A program made the translations under genes and the position numbers. This document shows, one piece after another, positions 49,001 to 64,000 of a stretch of 64,000 bases of DNA. This stretch comes from Haliotis rufescens (taxonomy: Eukaryota). Within the stretch, counting starts at the first letter, position 1; each line of letters begins with the position of its first letter. The notes under the pieces were generated by a model. That model was given only the letters and a program-made list of their open reading frames with translations. It searched no databases and had not been told where the DNA came from. The stretch spans positions 1,922,001 through 1,986,000 of the forward strand of contig NW_025963868.1 of the NCBI RefSeq assembly GCF_023055435.1, written 5' to 3'.

Positions 49001-52000
49001 ACTTATCAAATTAATGCTACTTTCTACGCTTCGCATACCGGTATTCTGTAATGGCCGTCATGGCAGGAGCCGTTTCAGGGAATTTTTTAAAGTCACTACG
49101 GCAAATTGAAAAGCCCTGTGAACCAACACAAAGTGCAAGAAAGAGGGGAAGGACATTCCAACAAGCTCATATATCCATGGTTAGAAGTGCATGAAATAAA
49201 GTCAGTATAGTCATGAATAAAATGACTTTGACTATATTGACAAGTGTTTGCTCTCTTAAATTTCTGTTGGACTTGTAACTTAATATCTGGGCCAGTAGTA
49301 TTTATTTCTTACTGGACCAGTGGACTAGTGTGTAGATAAGACATTTGTCAAACCCTGCTTTATCCACTCACATGTCATTTTCATTTGAAACATTTTCAAC
49401 CTTCCGATAAAAATAATATCTCCTTTCTGTTTGCAGTTGTGCCACCCACAGGATTTCAGGACCCTCAGATAGGGAGATACAGGAATGTGCCCGAGATGAT
49501 CCCGGAGTTTGTTGTACCAGACCTGACAGACTTCAAGGTGACATAGATTTACACCAGACTTTGTTTGTTTACAGATTGATCAGGGGCTCTAAAGTGCCAT
49601 CTAAAGCAATCTCATTAAAATAAGGCCTTAGTTCTCGCTACCGCTAAACAAAGATCTGAAGACATCCCATAAGGGGTCACGTCAGAACGACCTTTCATCC
49701 GACCAATGAGAGCGTCGCTTACCAGATCATGAAAGTGACAGTCAGAATTGATTTCTAATCATACAACCTCGAAAACTTTAACACAGGGTATTCCAAATGA
49801 TAGTTACAGGTTTAACGACTGAATCCATACAATCAAGACCCCCATTAGCCATTCCAGAATGTTCTTTTGTTTAGGTTTCAAATTTGTAATCGAGAATTTG
49901 TCAAAATATGTTTCGAAGCGTAGTCGCCAATTTGAAATAAGTGCCGTAAAGCACAAGAAAGCTGCCTTCTGATTGGTCATTCTATTGGTCGGTCAAAGTT
50001 CGCTCAAGGTCGGTCTGACGTGACCCGTAATGGGATGTCCTCAGATCTTTGTTTAGCTGTAGGGAGAACTAAGGTCTGATTTTAATGCTGCTCAGAGTTG
50101 TGTCCCTTGTGTCCAAGAAATGTATGATTCGATTCCCAGTTTGCACTGATTGTGTTTCTTGGTTTGTCATCACTATACCTGTGCTTATGGGTTTCAACAA
50201 AGCTATAAACATCAAATACCTGAATAATTTTGGGCTTATCTCCCACATCAAACAGACACCTTGTGATGTAACTGAATTTAGATTGGAACCGAACATGAAG
50301 CATGAGGTTTCAAATGTTAAATATCACACGGTTAAATCTACAGGTAAGCTAGGTCTACATTGAAACATCTTCCTGAGGCAAGAGAGTTAACTGACTTTAA
50401 AAGTCAGGTTTCCACCCTTGCCAAACTAGGCTGGAATTCCTGGGCTAGATCGACCAGTGGCTATTATGTCCCTTCTATGTCTCTTCTATGGACCAATCAG
50501 ATTCCACCTCTCGTGCACCATCACTTGCATTTGCTTCAAACAAAACTGCGGCGGCCAGTCAAGACAGTGTGATCGATAATCAAGATCTATATTGTGATAA
50601 AACGGGTCTTACATCGCTAAGTGCATCAAATCACGTCAGCACCTTGATTAAAAATATGAAAAGATTTGGAAAATATCTGTTGACGTCAAGTTGGCGGTAC
50701 ACATGCTTTCCAAATCCTGCAACTGACCAAAATCTGCATGACATTTTACGAATCGGATTTCCATTTCGTTGCACAATTTTGATTGGATTATGTCCAGCCA
50801 TAATGTAACTCCATAATACCAGCCTAGTTCGGCAAGGGCGGAAACTGGACTTGTATAGTCAGTTAACTCTCTTGTCTCGGGAAGATGACATTGAAACAGT
50901 ATGTTTATCTCCATTATTTCTACCATGACAGAATAAAACGTGAAATCTTTGGTGTCAGCAAATACATGGGATGAAGTGGCATGGGTTGAGTCCAGTGTTT
51001 TTAGCTTGATGTCGATAAAAATTTATGGAATCACTGACAACAGCCTTTAAACAAAATGTGGATCTCTAAATGCTCAAGCAGTTTGTTTACACTGTAATAC
51101 TTCACTCGAATTTACGACAGACACTGAAAGCATGGCAACTTCGTTAGCTAACATGATGTGGCCATCCCTTAAGAAATGCAGGCAAGCCTTGCAAAGATTT
51201 CGTTCTATACTGCACGTTACTATTATGACATCATATCACTTATTGTGATGCAAAAGATATCCTAAATAGCCAATTGTCGGATTAACAAGATGACTGTAAA
51301 AGACATGATTTTAGTGAGATTGTTTCTGGATTGTTCTTGTTAAGATAGAAATAAAAACATCAGTGTACTTGTGTGTACAGAACCCAAGCTTTTCTATCAT
51401 GAATGTTCCTTTTGGGCAAGTAAGTGTTGTCTCAGGTTGTCCTTACCCCCCAAGTGTAACAGTGAGTGAGTTGGGTTTAAATCTGCTTTTAACACTATTC
51501 CAGTTATATCACGACGTGTCAGCTTAATGTGAGAGGAAAGCCCGAAGTGATGCAGGTCTCAGACGTTTTATTGCTTTGGCAAAACCCACTGGCACGGGTA
51601 TGGTGCTGATAAGCCCAGAAACATAATCGAGGCGAACCAGGATTGGAACCATCGATCATAGGTTTCTATTCTGCATTGCAAAATGTGATGCCTTAAACCA
51701 CTTGGCAACCAGTGCCCCTTGTTCCAGGTCACAAGTGAGATACAACCACATGATGATAGACTGTAACTGGAGCATAAAGCGGACTCACATTTAGTCATGT
51801 TGTCAGATACAAATCAGACCAGTGAAGTTAGAGTATGGGTCTTCAGCAACCCATGTTTGCCGTAAAAGTCAACTCTGCTTGTCGTAAGAGGCGACTAACG
51901 AGATCGGGTGGTCAGGCTCGTTGACTTGGTTGATACATACATGTCATCATATCCTCATTGCGTGGATCGATGGTCATGATGTCAATCACTGGATTGTCTG

Positions 52001-52278
52001 CTCCAGACTTATTTACAGATTGCCATCATATGGCTGAAATATTGCTGAGTGTGTTAAACAAAAGATACATATTCAATATTATATAACATTAGGGATGTTT
52101 GTCCTTCCAGTTGAAGCCTTATGTGTCCTACAAGGTGTCCAACATCACACAGACCAAGTTCACGGCCAAGGACCTCTTCCATTCTTGCTACGCCAACGAC
52201 ATTGTAGACAAGTTCAGCAAAGGGGAGATAACTGTGGAGAGCTCCACACAGTCTGACTCAAAACATGACAAATCATGA
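46051..52278 (+). CDS. MRPL41: Mitochondrial large-subunit ribosomal protein mL41, 153 aa; exons 46051-46243, 49437-49537, 52111-52278
   Basis: The spliced frame is continuous (phases 1 and 0, GT-AG). It contains the hallmark V.[22 protein letters not shown] and an Arg/Ser-rich N-terminal presequence-like segment. AATAAA at about 52947. Confidence 0.92.
46366..48599. repeat. Long inverted repeat (arms about 46366-46948 and 48037-48599) in MRPL41 intron 1
   Basis: CAGTAAATATTGTTTCACACCGCAGCC...GTAAAACCCTGAC versus GTCAGGGTTTTAC...GGCTGCGGTGTGAAACAATATTTACTG. Confidence 0.9.
48627..49357. mobile_element. hAT-type MITE, 8-bp TSD
   Basis: TIR CAGGGTTTGACAAAT / ATTTGTCAAACCCTG; TSD CTTTATGC / CTTTATCC. 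Confidence 0.85.
49607..50087. mobile_element. Mutator-like MITE (CAATCTCATTAAAAT family)
   Basis: Inverted relative of 38643-39155. Confidence 0.8.
50366..50887. mobile_element. Mutator-like MITE, about 75-bp TIR, perfect 9-bp TSD
   Basis: acattgaaa|CATCTTCCTGAGGCAAGAGAGTTAAC...GTTAACTCTCTTGTCTCGGGAAGATG|acattgaaa. Confidence 0.88.
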
Positions 52279-52369
52279 CGTGAACTGTGCCCGTATGGTG
52301 ATCCTGTGTGTGAGTGTGTGTAGTGTGGATGTACTTGTCTTGGATGCAGCAAAGGTCCACAGGAACGAT

Positions 52370-52831
52370 CAGAGCTCCAGATAAGCTGCGTATCTGCGTG
52401 AAATACGCATCAGAAATGCAGAAATACACAGTAAAATATAATCCAAGCGTATCAAATACGCAACGAACATTACAGATACGCTACAAAAATAAAACTTGTG
52501 CGTATCATCAAAATATTGTGAAGTAACCCTGCGTATTCGATTAGCAAATCAGCAACTCCACGATGACAGTTACATCATGATCATTTGCCATCACACTTTC
52601 TTGTGGAAGTATCGTGGTATTTTTGAGTCCTATAAAGCTCTCGAACCCACACGGCACCAGTTTGCAGGGACTAGATGAATAGTGTTTTTAAATATTTAAC
52701 TTAAATACCCACATGTGTAAAAACTAGTGGGTAACAGAAAATTGAATACGCAGATAGAATTACTGATACCCAATGATTTTTAAATGCATGGGTAAAATAC
52801 CCACAACACTAAAAGCTTATCTGGAGCTCTG
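52370..52831. mobile_element. CAGAGCTCCAGATAAG MITE in the probable MRPL41 3' UTR
   Basis: Perfect 16-bp TIR with ACGAT on both sides; lies between the stop codon (52278) and AATAAA (about 52947). Confidence 0.88.
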
Positions 52832-53052
52832 ACGATACACTGGCAGTGCTAGGTGTTCGTGTACCATGTGTAATTAAGTCATGATGGACAAACTCATTGG
52901 ATGAAGACCAAGATTAACAATTTTCTAGGCTGTAAACATATTCATTAATAAAAGTGTTTGTCTATGAAATGTTTGTTTATTTACGGACAGATTATTCCAA
53001 AAAATTGTTGTGGACAACTCTGAAACATTTTGATTACTCTCAATTACTCCAC

Positions 53053-54670
53053 CAGGGTCCTCTTGCACAAAGCGATCTTAGCGCTACAATTATTGTAAAT
53101 CCTTGAGATCGCGATCTTAGGCTTCGACTACAATCGTCATCCACTTGCACAAAGCGATTGTAGACTAATATAAGTGTAAGCTACAATCGAAACTTACAAT
53201 TGGTCCGGACCAATCTTAAGTAGCTAAGATCGTTGTAGTCCTTGAATAAACTTGACAAAATGGCGTGCAAGGCTTAGTCTGTTTCACATAAATAATCTGC
53301 TTTACGTTCAAACATTGCTTCTTTTTTTGCTAAACGTTATCATTCGCATCGACACTTTAACAACATGAAGAACGCACCACAGATTTAACGTCAGAAATAT
53401 CGTTAATTACCATAGTTAAACACATAACTATCGAGTCGATAGCTAAAAGGTATATTCCCATCCGACTCAATACTGAAAGAAATGTGAAACAACATACCTT
53501 TTCGCTAAACAAGGGAAGGATAAAAACCTAAGTCGTCCCGCAAGGAATTTGTAACGTCCGTGACCTTTTCGATAAATCAAGGGCAGCTAATCTTAGTTTA
53601 CACTCTAGATGGGAGTGGTTTCCCTTTGTATAAGCCCGTAGAGTACAATCTACCTTACTCAGTGCATCAATGTTGTTGAATCGCTGAGCTTCCCCTATAT
53701 TTTTTGGGGTCATATTCGTGTCGGTTATTTTGTCTTTAGTTTATCATGAAATTAATCTACAAATAAATACAAGCTATAGAGCAAATCATACATGTTTAAA
53801 TCTAAAACAAATGGGACAGGGACGAGCGGTTAAATATCAGAGTTTAAAAGAAAAAATACAAGTATTCATCAGACAAGCAAATATACATGATGAAACATTT
53901 GATTTTTTTGCAAAATATCCCTTAAATAGCAAATATATTTTTTTTAAATTAATACCTAGGGAATATATATTAACAATTGCTTTCTCGAAACATTATTCAT
54001 TATTCTTATTTTTTTTGTCTATGCCTTTTTGAAAGTTCCCGTCTTTCTGTATTTTGAAATGGTAGTCATAACATCCTTTGTTGTAGCAACGAAACGAAAA
54101 CATGAAGTATATATTTAGGATTTTAGGAAAAACTTCTCTAAATAGATGACGATCATGCATTTACACGTTATGGTTTTAGGAAATATTATTATTATTTATT
54201 TTAATTTTCATAATAATTGTGTTACTAAATAATGTATTTATTCGTATTTCAATACTTTGAATAAAAACACGAGAAGGTATTTCTCTTGTTGAAATAGAAA
54301 ACAATTCCTAAATCACGACAGTATTAATGCCGACAAGAATATATGCCTTCATTCTAGTAATCGTTTCCTTCAAAGTGCGATGGAGGCAGGTACGTGTTGC
54401 GTGTCGTTACCGGTGCCACTTATTGTATGCGCAGCAAACTATGCCCGTTTGCAGACAACTATAGACAGGAGTCGAGTTTAAAATATTCGTACCTCCACAG
54501 TTGAAGATTTCAATTTAGCTAAGATCGCGATCTTAACTCCAAGCCGTCTTACAATCGCGCCAAGATCGGTTTGTGCAAGTGGAATAGGACAATTGTATGG
54601 TGATTGTAAAGTTGATTGTAGCCGCCTAAGATCAATTGTAACTAAGATTGTTCTGTGCAAGTGGGCCCTG
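53053..54670. mobile_element. Non-autonomous DNA transposon, PIF/Harbinger-like
   Basis: cag|GGTCCTCTTGCACA...TGTGCAAGTGGGCC|ctg, with subterminal GATCTTAG/TACAAT repeats at both ends; no transposase. Confidence 0.7.
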
Positions 54671-55950
54671 GAGATTGAAGAATTCTTGATTCTGATTGGT
54701 CAAAATTAGATTAACATCAGATATCAAATCCCATTGGAAACCTCACAATTAACATGCCTTTTCACACAAAAACATGTCTACTGGCTGCATAATACACTGG
54801 CTGCTGCTAACTTCTGTGTCAGGGCCACACAATCATCGGTGACAAGAATGAGCAGTCTCTCAAACTTACAATGAGAACTTATCTTCAGCTAAAAAAAATT
54901 CAGCCATTCTTCAAGGTGGTGCTTTTGGCAATGAGGCTGTGCGAGCAGGTCAATGGCATGAGTGAGTGAGTTGGGTAAAACGCCGTTTTTAACAGTATTC
55001 CAGTTATATCACAGCGTGTCAGCTTAATGTGGGAGGAAAGCCACTTCGGTGAAACCCACGAGCACGGGTATGGTGCTGACAAACCTAGAAACAATCGGGG
55101 CGAACCCACAATCATAGGTTTCTGGCGTGCGCAAGCGACGCAACTGTGCTCTGCGAATCGCGGTACCTAAGACGACCTCGTCAGTTGTGAATCATCAGGT
55201 TAATGGTGAACCTAAATACAGATCGAGGTTGTCCTCTGGGTTCAAACATTTTGTAAATAGCACTGTCACTCTGTTCAACTACTTTGGCAAACATGGACAG
55301 GGTGTCAAGTTCAGCCATGTCCAAGTCCTGGGTGGAGAAATGGCCGTTTAGAATGTGTAACTGTTACTGGAGTTATGTCAAACCAACTACTAACTACATA
55401 AGTACTAAGTAATAACTAAAACAATGTGATTTGAGAAAAATAATTAGTTCGCATATTTTGTCACGATTTCTATAATCTGTCACCCTTATAGTGGAAGATG
55501 TCATGTTGATTTCCAAGAAGTGACTTGGTGGAGTCTAAGCGCTGCAATCGTATTCAAAACATCGAACACGGCGCATATATAAGGTTCCTTTGCACTTTTG
55601 TCATGTCTATCAATCTCAAAGGCTAAAACCAATATACAGAGGCTCCATATATGGTCTTGTTGGAGGAAATTACCTAAAAAACTACATGCTTGATCACACT
55701 AGTCCGTCCTTCTTTCGCACTCAAGTAGGCAAGCCTCCCTTCACGGTTATGGTCGGCTGCCCACTTTCTTGGCAAATTAAAGCAAATAATTTCTTCACCC
55801 TTTTTAACTCTTAGGCATTCTCCTGTCCATATGTAAACAATGACCATTTGTTCACTGTACTTTCCTTCGTAGGAGTGGGATTAAAGGATTGAAATATACT
55901 CCTCGTCCTTTCACCAACGGAAATGTGATAAAGGCCATTTACATCACAGA

Positions 55951-56044
55951 CAATCTCATTAAAATCAGATCTAAGTTCTCGCTGCCGGGAAACAAAGCTT
56001 TGTTCAGCGATAGCGGGAACTAAGATCTGATTTTAAGGAGATTG
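55951..56044. mobile_element. Minimal 94-bp hairpin MITE (TIRs only), 9-bp TSD
   Basis: catcacaga|CAATCTCATTAAAATCAGATC...GATCTGATTTTAAGGAGATTG|catcacaaa. Confidence 0.8.
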
Positions 56045-58069
56045 CATCACAAATTGAGTGCAATGTTCGGTGAGAAAAAAAATGTGCGAAACATACTATT
56101 TCTTCAATTGCGTTTTTTTTCCGTGTTTCGGTGCTCTCATTTATATTTTTGTGAGACTTTCTTGTATTCGCTGATCTGTGTATAAGATGATGAAGCATCG
56201 GCTGTTCCCTTTTGCAGTATCCCGATCATGACTTCCCGATATGTCCGACTCTGACAGTGACAATAGTTTATGAGTTATCATGGAATATGAATGTTTCTCG
56301 GAAGATGTATTGGTGATTTCGGAAGAAGTACAAGTGAACGCCCACCTGTGACTGACAAGAGTGACGAAAATAATGTGGATTAGCCCCATTGTTGATGCAT
56401 GGGTTAAAAGCGATTGCATATTGGTTCATGTGTTTCGTATATTTTCTCCAAACCACAATATCTCATTGTTGTTTGAAATAGCACCACAAACATGAAGAGA
56501 CATGTCATTGACTCTGTGGACCCGTGAAGTCCCGGTTTCGAATAGGTCTTCTGCAACCCATGCGACTATGATTGTCGTAAGAGGCAACCAACGGGATCGG
56601 GTGGTCATGCTCGTTGATTTGGTTGATGATTGGTTGGTTTGTTGTTTAAAGCTGCACTCAGCAATGTTCCAGCTATATGAAGGCGGTCTGTAAATAAGCG
56701 AGTTTGGACCAGACAATCCAGTGATTAATATCATGAGCATCAATCCAAGTCAGCGTGCCTGACCACCCGATCCTGTTACTCACCTTTTACGACAAGCATA
56801 GTCACATTATATGGCAAGCGTGGGTTGCTGAAGACCTATTCTACCCCGGAATCTTCACGGGTCGACTTGTTTGATGTTTGTTATCGTATTCTTATTGTGT
56901 AGATCGATGCTCATGATGTCAATCACTGGATTGTCTGGTCCAGACTCAATTACTTACAGACCCCCGTCATATAGCAGCAATGTTGCTGAGTGCGGTGTTA
57001 AACAACAAACAAACAGATCTTAGTCCAGTGGTGATGGTGTCCCACAGTACTTACCTTGAGTTAATGCGATAGCACAATATACGCCCAAATAGTAGTAGGA
57101 CAACGACTGCAGTTTGTCTCTGCTGACTGAACTGTCCACAGTGATGTTAAACTCGTTCCCAGATGAGTTCAACCGACTGGTATAGTTCCTAGCCTGAAGA
57201 TGGGCAATAGTCTTAAGACTTGGGTCCTCTGTCCAGTGGCTGAGCCATATGTTGGACATAGCCCAGGCAAAGTTGTAGATGATATAGAGAGCCATAATCC
57301 CAGCAGCAGACACCAAGCCAATCACAGAGAAGTAGGATTTCAGTATTGAATACCTCACCTGAAAAACGTACAATTGTAGTTACTGAAAACAGAGATATCC
57401 CCTTTTCATACATGCACATGCGCATTTGAATGATTCGCCATGCTGAATCATCACTTGAGGCAGTGTCACATAGCACCGCTATTTATAACAATACGATATA
57501 ACATGTCCACAGTTCAAGGTTGTGTTTGGGAGTCTTTAAAATGAAATTAACATTCCAAATTACGAAAAATTGATGACTGATATATGTCACCCCCTGAAAG
57601 TTCCTGGAAATCCTTTGGGGTAATCTTAATTTTCATCCATACTATGATAATAGGTAATATACAGAATCACACCTCCTTGGAATTACGGTTTAGGAAACAC
57701 TGATTGATGATGCGACTTGAGACTTACACAATTTATTGATTTCTGACAGAAACTCTTAAATTCATTACTGCTCATTGGTATTCACTAAATAATAGTTATA
57801 ATAGAACCAAATGACCAGTGAATCGAGAGTTATTATTCTCTGGCTTGGACATGCATTATCACAACATATATGTATATCTTTGGGGCATCCATAAAGTCTC
57901 ATATCAAGTACAACTTTCCCTTTATTTGAGTTTGTTATTTCTGATTGATCTGACATTGCATCTAAACTCTAAAGCTGTTGTGAAAGTATGTTGCTGTTCG
58001 GTGTTCCACGCATGAGCACTGGTGGTGCACATCACCTATACTTGCAGGCAGATGTAAAATAAGAAAGAC

Positions 58070-58380
58070 ATGAGGTGAGGTGAGGTGAGGTGAGGTGAGG
58101 TGAGGTGAGGTGAGGTAGGGTTTAACTTTCGTAATTGCATCCATGATTATTGCACTTATATAGCAATGAGCATGTATGTGTGTGTGAGTGTGTGTGTGAC
58201 TGCTTGTACTAGTCCGGACTGAGATACCATGCCACAGTTTAACATAAATACCCTACTCAAACAGAGTATACTGACTCCAAGTCGACCAGTCCTTGTTTTA
58301 GCCCCTTAATGCCGAGCAGCGGACAGGGTAACAACAAGTTCCATCTTTAAACATTGATCGAACCCACTACCACTAGACCA
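58070..58380 (-). mobile_element. SINE family 1, deleted copy with expanded (CCTCA)n tail
   Basis: (GGTGA)n at 58071-58115 followed by the family 1 body. Confidence 0.8.
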
Positions 58381-60712
58381 CAGCAAATGAAAAAAAGGAT
58401 ACCCACGTTTTACCGTTTCTGTGTATTCATCCTCAATAAGTTTGTATTCTTCTCCAATTGTTGCTCCGTCAGCTACAAACACTTCACGGTTAAGGTCACC
58501 GTCCATGTTACGACTTGCAAGGGAACTGGAACATTAGATAAGCCTGAACCCAACTGTATCTGTTGTCATTGGTGGTAGTTGTTGTCATACCACTTTCAAC
58601 AATCGAAGCAATCCCAATCTTAGCAGTTGGGATCTGAAATATCTCTTTTATGACATCTTATTGTAACAGAAAAAAACCAGATAACTTGTTCTAAAATGTA
58701 AGCACCTATTGTGTTATGTTTGTTTGTTATTTAACGCTGTACTCAGCAATATTCCAGCTTCATACCAGCGCTTGTAAATAAATTAGTCGGGACCAGAAAA
58801 ACCAGTGACTGGTATCATGAGCACTAGTCTACGCAATTTTGGATACGATGACAAGCATTTACCAAGTCAGCAAGTCTGACCACCTGATCCCATCAGTCGC
58901 CTTTTATGACAAGCATGGGTTGCTGAAGAATTCTAACCTGCATCTTCTGAGGAAGCCTTCTGTAAGGCATCGAGTATTGATGTGTTACATACCCCACAGA
59001 TCCAAAAAGATTCTCATTATGATGTCTTTGTCTGATATTTGTTACGGATTCTTCTGACAACTGACAAGGTAACTGTGGACTGTGAAGATAATCTGAAATC
59101 ATTGATGGCGACAAACTGTGTGATGAAACAGAGTTCTTTGATAGGGTGCTATGGATTTCTTGCACTGAAATTGAAAAGAGTATATCAAATCTTATTATGT
59201 CAGAGATTTAAGAACTGCAACATTTGCTTTGTCTCTTGAATGAGTATATGTATCTGATCAGAGTTACATTGACCCATGCTTTCAGTAGGAGTTTCCTTAG
59301 TTTGCTTACACTCTTCCTCCTCAAGGTTTCCGCCCTTCCCTTGTAGCAAATATGTCTTAAGGAACTGTGCAAATGGTACGTCATGATCGAGAAGCTCTTC
59401 ATACGATCCAACTTCAGTTATCTCCCCTTGATCCACTACCACAATAACGTCAACCATTGGTAGCCAGTGAACGCCATGAGTCACAAGTACTCGGGTCTGA
59501 AAGCAGAGTCAACAGTTGAACAATATGTAAGTAAAAAATACCATGAATTTGAAAAATACTCGATTTTGATTGGTCAGTTATTGTTTGTATTCATATTTAA
59601 ATGAGGACATGTACAATTATAGGCTACAAAATGCAAAGTTGCGCTTACTACATGTACAATATTCAAAAGTTGTGTCGCAAAATATTTTGTACAGAAAACT
59701 TGATTGAAATCTACAAAGAGAATGTATTTCACTCTGGCGCAGTGGTGACTTAGCATAACACCACTGCCACAGGCTAATTTGCGTGACCAGACATGTCTCT
59801 AGTCTGTTAAAAAACACATGCTTATCCTGAAATCAGAACAGACGAGCCTAATCCAAGCTTTTCGGTACGCTTTACATATTGTTTTGCATAATTATATAGA
59901 TATACTACTGCAACTGCGACAGTGATTTGCCGGACATTTTAGCTTTTCACATCAATCCGACCGTATTGCCAGCTCTCCGTTGGGCCTTGATGACAGCACA
60001 TGGACCCATACAACCAATGTAAACAAAGGGTAACTACACAAATACAAAAAAGTTTTTGACGTTTTAGGATATTTACTCAATGAAAGTTAACCATTCTATG
60101 ACATATGTTTGTCTAGAGACTCGTCAAAAATTAAACAGATGAAACACATATGCAATATCTTGAATGTAGTGTATAAGATGTGATGAATCGTCACATGGCG
60201 CTGGTCCATGGCAGAGGTACTATGCTGGCTGCATGGAACTCTGGGTAGGTGAGTAGGGTGCCTACCTCATGATGTTACGAAGTTGTCGTGCTACATGCTT
60301 TGGGTGCCTGTCATAAGTTTGGGTGAAGTATTAGTTTGCATTCGGTTCCAGCTTCAATTTAGAGCGGGTAAATCTCCAGATAACCTAGCTCTACACTGAA
60401 AACACACTCACAGTATGTTTATTTTCTTAATAGGTTATGTGTGACAGGCCATGATTGCCGAGCCCTGAAACAATAGTGATTCTCAACCTATAACAGATTG
60501 TTATGTGGCAGTAGAGGTCTTCAGCAACCCATGCTTTTCGTAAGAGTTGACTAACGGGATTAGGTGGTCAGTAATTGTATCTCAATGAGATCCATGAGTG
60601 AGTGAGTGAGTGAGTATCGTTTTACGCCGCTTTTAGCAATATTCCAGCAATATCACGACACCAGAAATGGGCTCACACATTGTACCCATTTCGGGAATTG
60701 GACCTGGGTCTT

Positions 60713-61187
<475 letters not shown>

Positions 61188-61802
61188 CTACCCAAAACTA
61201 TTCCTTTATTTCATTTTCACAATAACTGACACCATAATATAAATGAAATCCTATTTAAAAACTGTTCCTGTATGGCTGCTGCATTGTTTTTCTATATCTG
61301 TGTCCACCAGGACTGATTACAAGAGATGTGCATTAGCTACCTTTTCTCCTATCTCTGTGTTGGCTCCACCAGGAAGTGTCTACAGGTCAGACTCCAGGGC
61401 ACACGCTTTTATAACATCCAGATACCTCTTATTGTCCGTTTCAGAGCCGAAGACAATGTTAGCTTTGAGAGACAAGTTCTGTATCAGGCCTCTTGTGGCA
61501 CATATGCCACACTTCTCTGAAGGAAGCACAGGGAAGACAATACAGAGCAGTAAACTGCCAGCTGTACAATAATGTAACCAAGATGATCTTTTAAAGTATA
61601 TATTTGCATCACATTTCTCTTGTTTAACAATGTAGATATGTTTTGAAAAGGGAGATCCCTTGTTATTCGTGTTAAATACTTTTCAACTCATTATCAAAGA
61701 CAAATTCAAATTTAGAAACTCAACAAGCAATGACAGCCTTGTATATTCCGACATTGAAAGATGACTCAGTTAAGATAGACCCCATCAATCAGCAATTATT
61801 TA

Positions 61803-62564
<762 letters not shown>

Positions 62565-64000
62565 TGTAACGGGTTGGGGGTGGGGAAAACGTGGTTGTCA
62601 GGATGTTTTCAGTCCCATCCCAACCGTCAGTTTCAAAGAGATATTGTTAAAACGGATGTAAAAGAAAACTATAACAAATAATAAAAGTCAATTGAAATCT
62701 TTACTTGTTGTTGTTGTTATTAATAATGACAGTTACAATTTCAATATGTACTTGAACTTACTGCAAGTCGTACTCTATTTTTAACGCTTGTCAGTTTTGA
62801 CAGTTTGATTCTAGACAATTAATTTCTACAAATTCTATTTAATCTACTTGGAAAAGAATAATCACTATGGGCAAAGGCAGAGCCAGTAATGCTGCACGGT
62901 AATTGTTATTGGAAAAAACTGTAAACTTGTCTAACTAATCATTATAAAATTTCTAAAAACTGGCTGGGCCAAAAACTACAACTTACCTTGAGTCTGTTAT
63001 TTCTGCAACTCATTTGGAACGAGATTATATTCGTGGTGACGTCACTTCCGGAAATACATGTAGCAGAAGACGCCAAAAGTTAGAGCGAGAAGAATGCGAT
63101 TAAACACCAAATATACGACGTGACATTAATTGGGATGGATGTAATCTACTCAATAACATGTCCTGGAAGGTGTTTACGTAAGTATTTTGGAATAAATATA
63201 TTTACTTTAGTGGATTTAGAGCATGAAACAATTCTGGAATAAACTACCCAACTTTTGATGACGTAAGCACCAGTAGATCGCGGGACTATTTGAGCCGATC
63301 ACTGGAGCTAACTATAACTGTTAAGTATTCTACTATGAAACATTTAATTGTTCTTATACGTACAATATACATAGTTTTTACACACAAGACGTGTATGTAA
63401 TAATAAATAATCATATATTTAATAACTATTAAAACTTCAAACGATCGCTGGAACGTGGACGAAAACCGAAGGTCTTGATCGTTTTCGCCCGAGCCTGACT
63501 ATTACAATAGCGCCTTTTTTAAAAGAAGACTCGTCCCGAGTTAACATTTTTACATAAACATGGTATTATACATTGCATTTCAAGTAGCAAAAATTCTCAT
63601 CCTGTTAATAATTATACCACTTATAAATATTCATGTTCTTTCCTTCCTTTTTCCTTTTTCCTTAGCCCTTACAAGTTACAGGCAGTTAAAGGGGCACTGA
63701 TCTAACGCAATTCTCCGGACTTGTTGTTGCCTTTGTTATTGTTTTTTCCCCCGTGAGTAGCTGGATGATACGCTACGCAGCTGAGCGTGACCAGAGACTG
63801 GTCTACAGTCTGCAAGGACAGCTAAATAAACTTGGAGGCTGGAGGCAATATTTGTTTTATGCATTTTTGAACAGTTACACTGATTGTTTAACTGTGATCT
63901 ATAAAGATTTCAACAAAGGGCGCATGTTAATTAATTTCTTCAGCCTAAATGAACAGACAAAAAGAACGGCGGAGCTCATCGGATGTCGTCATTTGGAAAT
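62565..64000 (-). mobile_element. LTR copy (solo or 3' LTR), extends beyond the window
   Basis: Starts TGTAACGGGTTGGGGGTGGGG on + and is homologous to 6964-7873 up to about 63375. No TGG primer-binding site next to the terminus. Extent beyond 63375 is inferred. Confidence 0.65.

Noticed and set aside
56141-56419. Next ABCC exon
   Set aside because: No convincing ABCC TMD2 motif (e.g. FFDTTP.GRI.NRF) or clear splice sites.

Overview
AT-rich, intron-containing, repeat-dense animal genomic DNA. The SINE/MITE repertoire suggests a mollusc, possibly a gastropod (inference). There is no prokaryotic operon structure and no CRISPR array. Host genes: two minus-strand C2H2 zinc-finger coding units (about 1,214 aa at 14164-18550, and about 2,544 aa in one giant exon at 25572-33206); a complete 3-exon mitochondrial ribosomal protein MRPL41 gene (46051-52278, +) with a probable bidirectional promoter; and a disabled, truncated ABCC/MRP transporter gene (57055-62127, -). 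Mobile DNA: a decayed Gypsy LTR retrotransposon (5510-7873) with an extra zinc-finger ORF in the env position, a second copy of its LTR at 62565-64000, four SINE families, several MITE families with 2-, 3-, 6-, 8- and 9-bp TSDs, and about ten tandem arrays, several born from local sequence. The best leads are (1) the Gypsy element with an apparently spliced zinc-finger accessory ORF and an ETS-CRE promoter LTR, (2) an AG|GTAAG recursive-splice-type micro-exon carrying the start codon of the 11-finger gene, which may share 5' exons with the giant-exon gene, (3) a triplicated unrecognised Cys/His module in the giant protein, and (4) a probable local SINE 3' transduction. All coordinates were read by eye, and no database searches were run.
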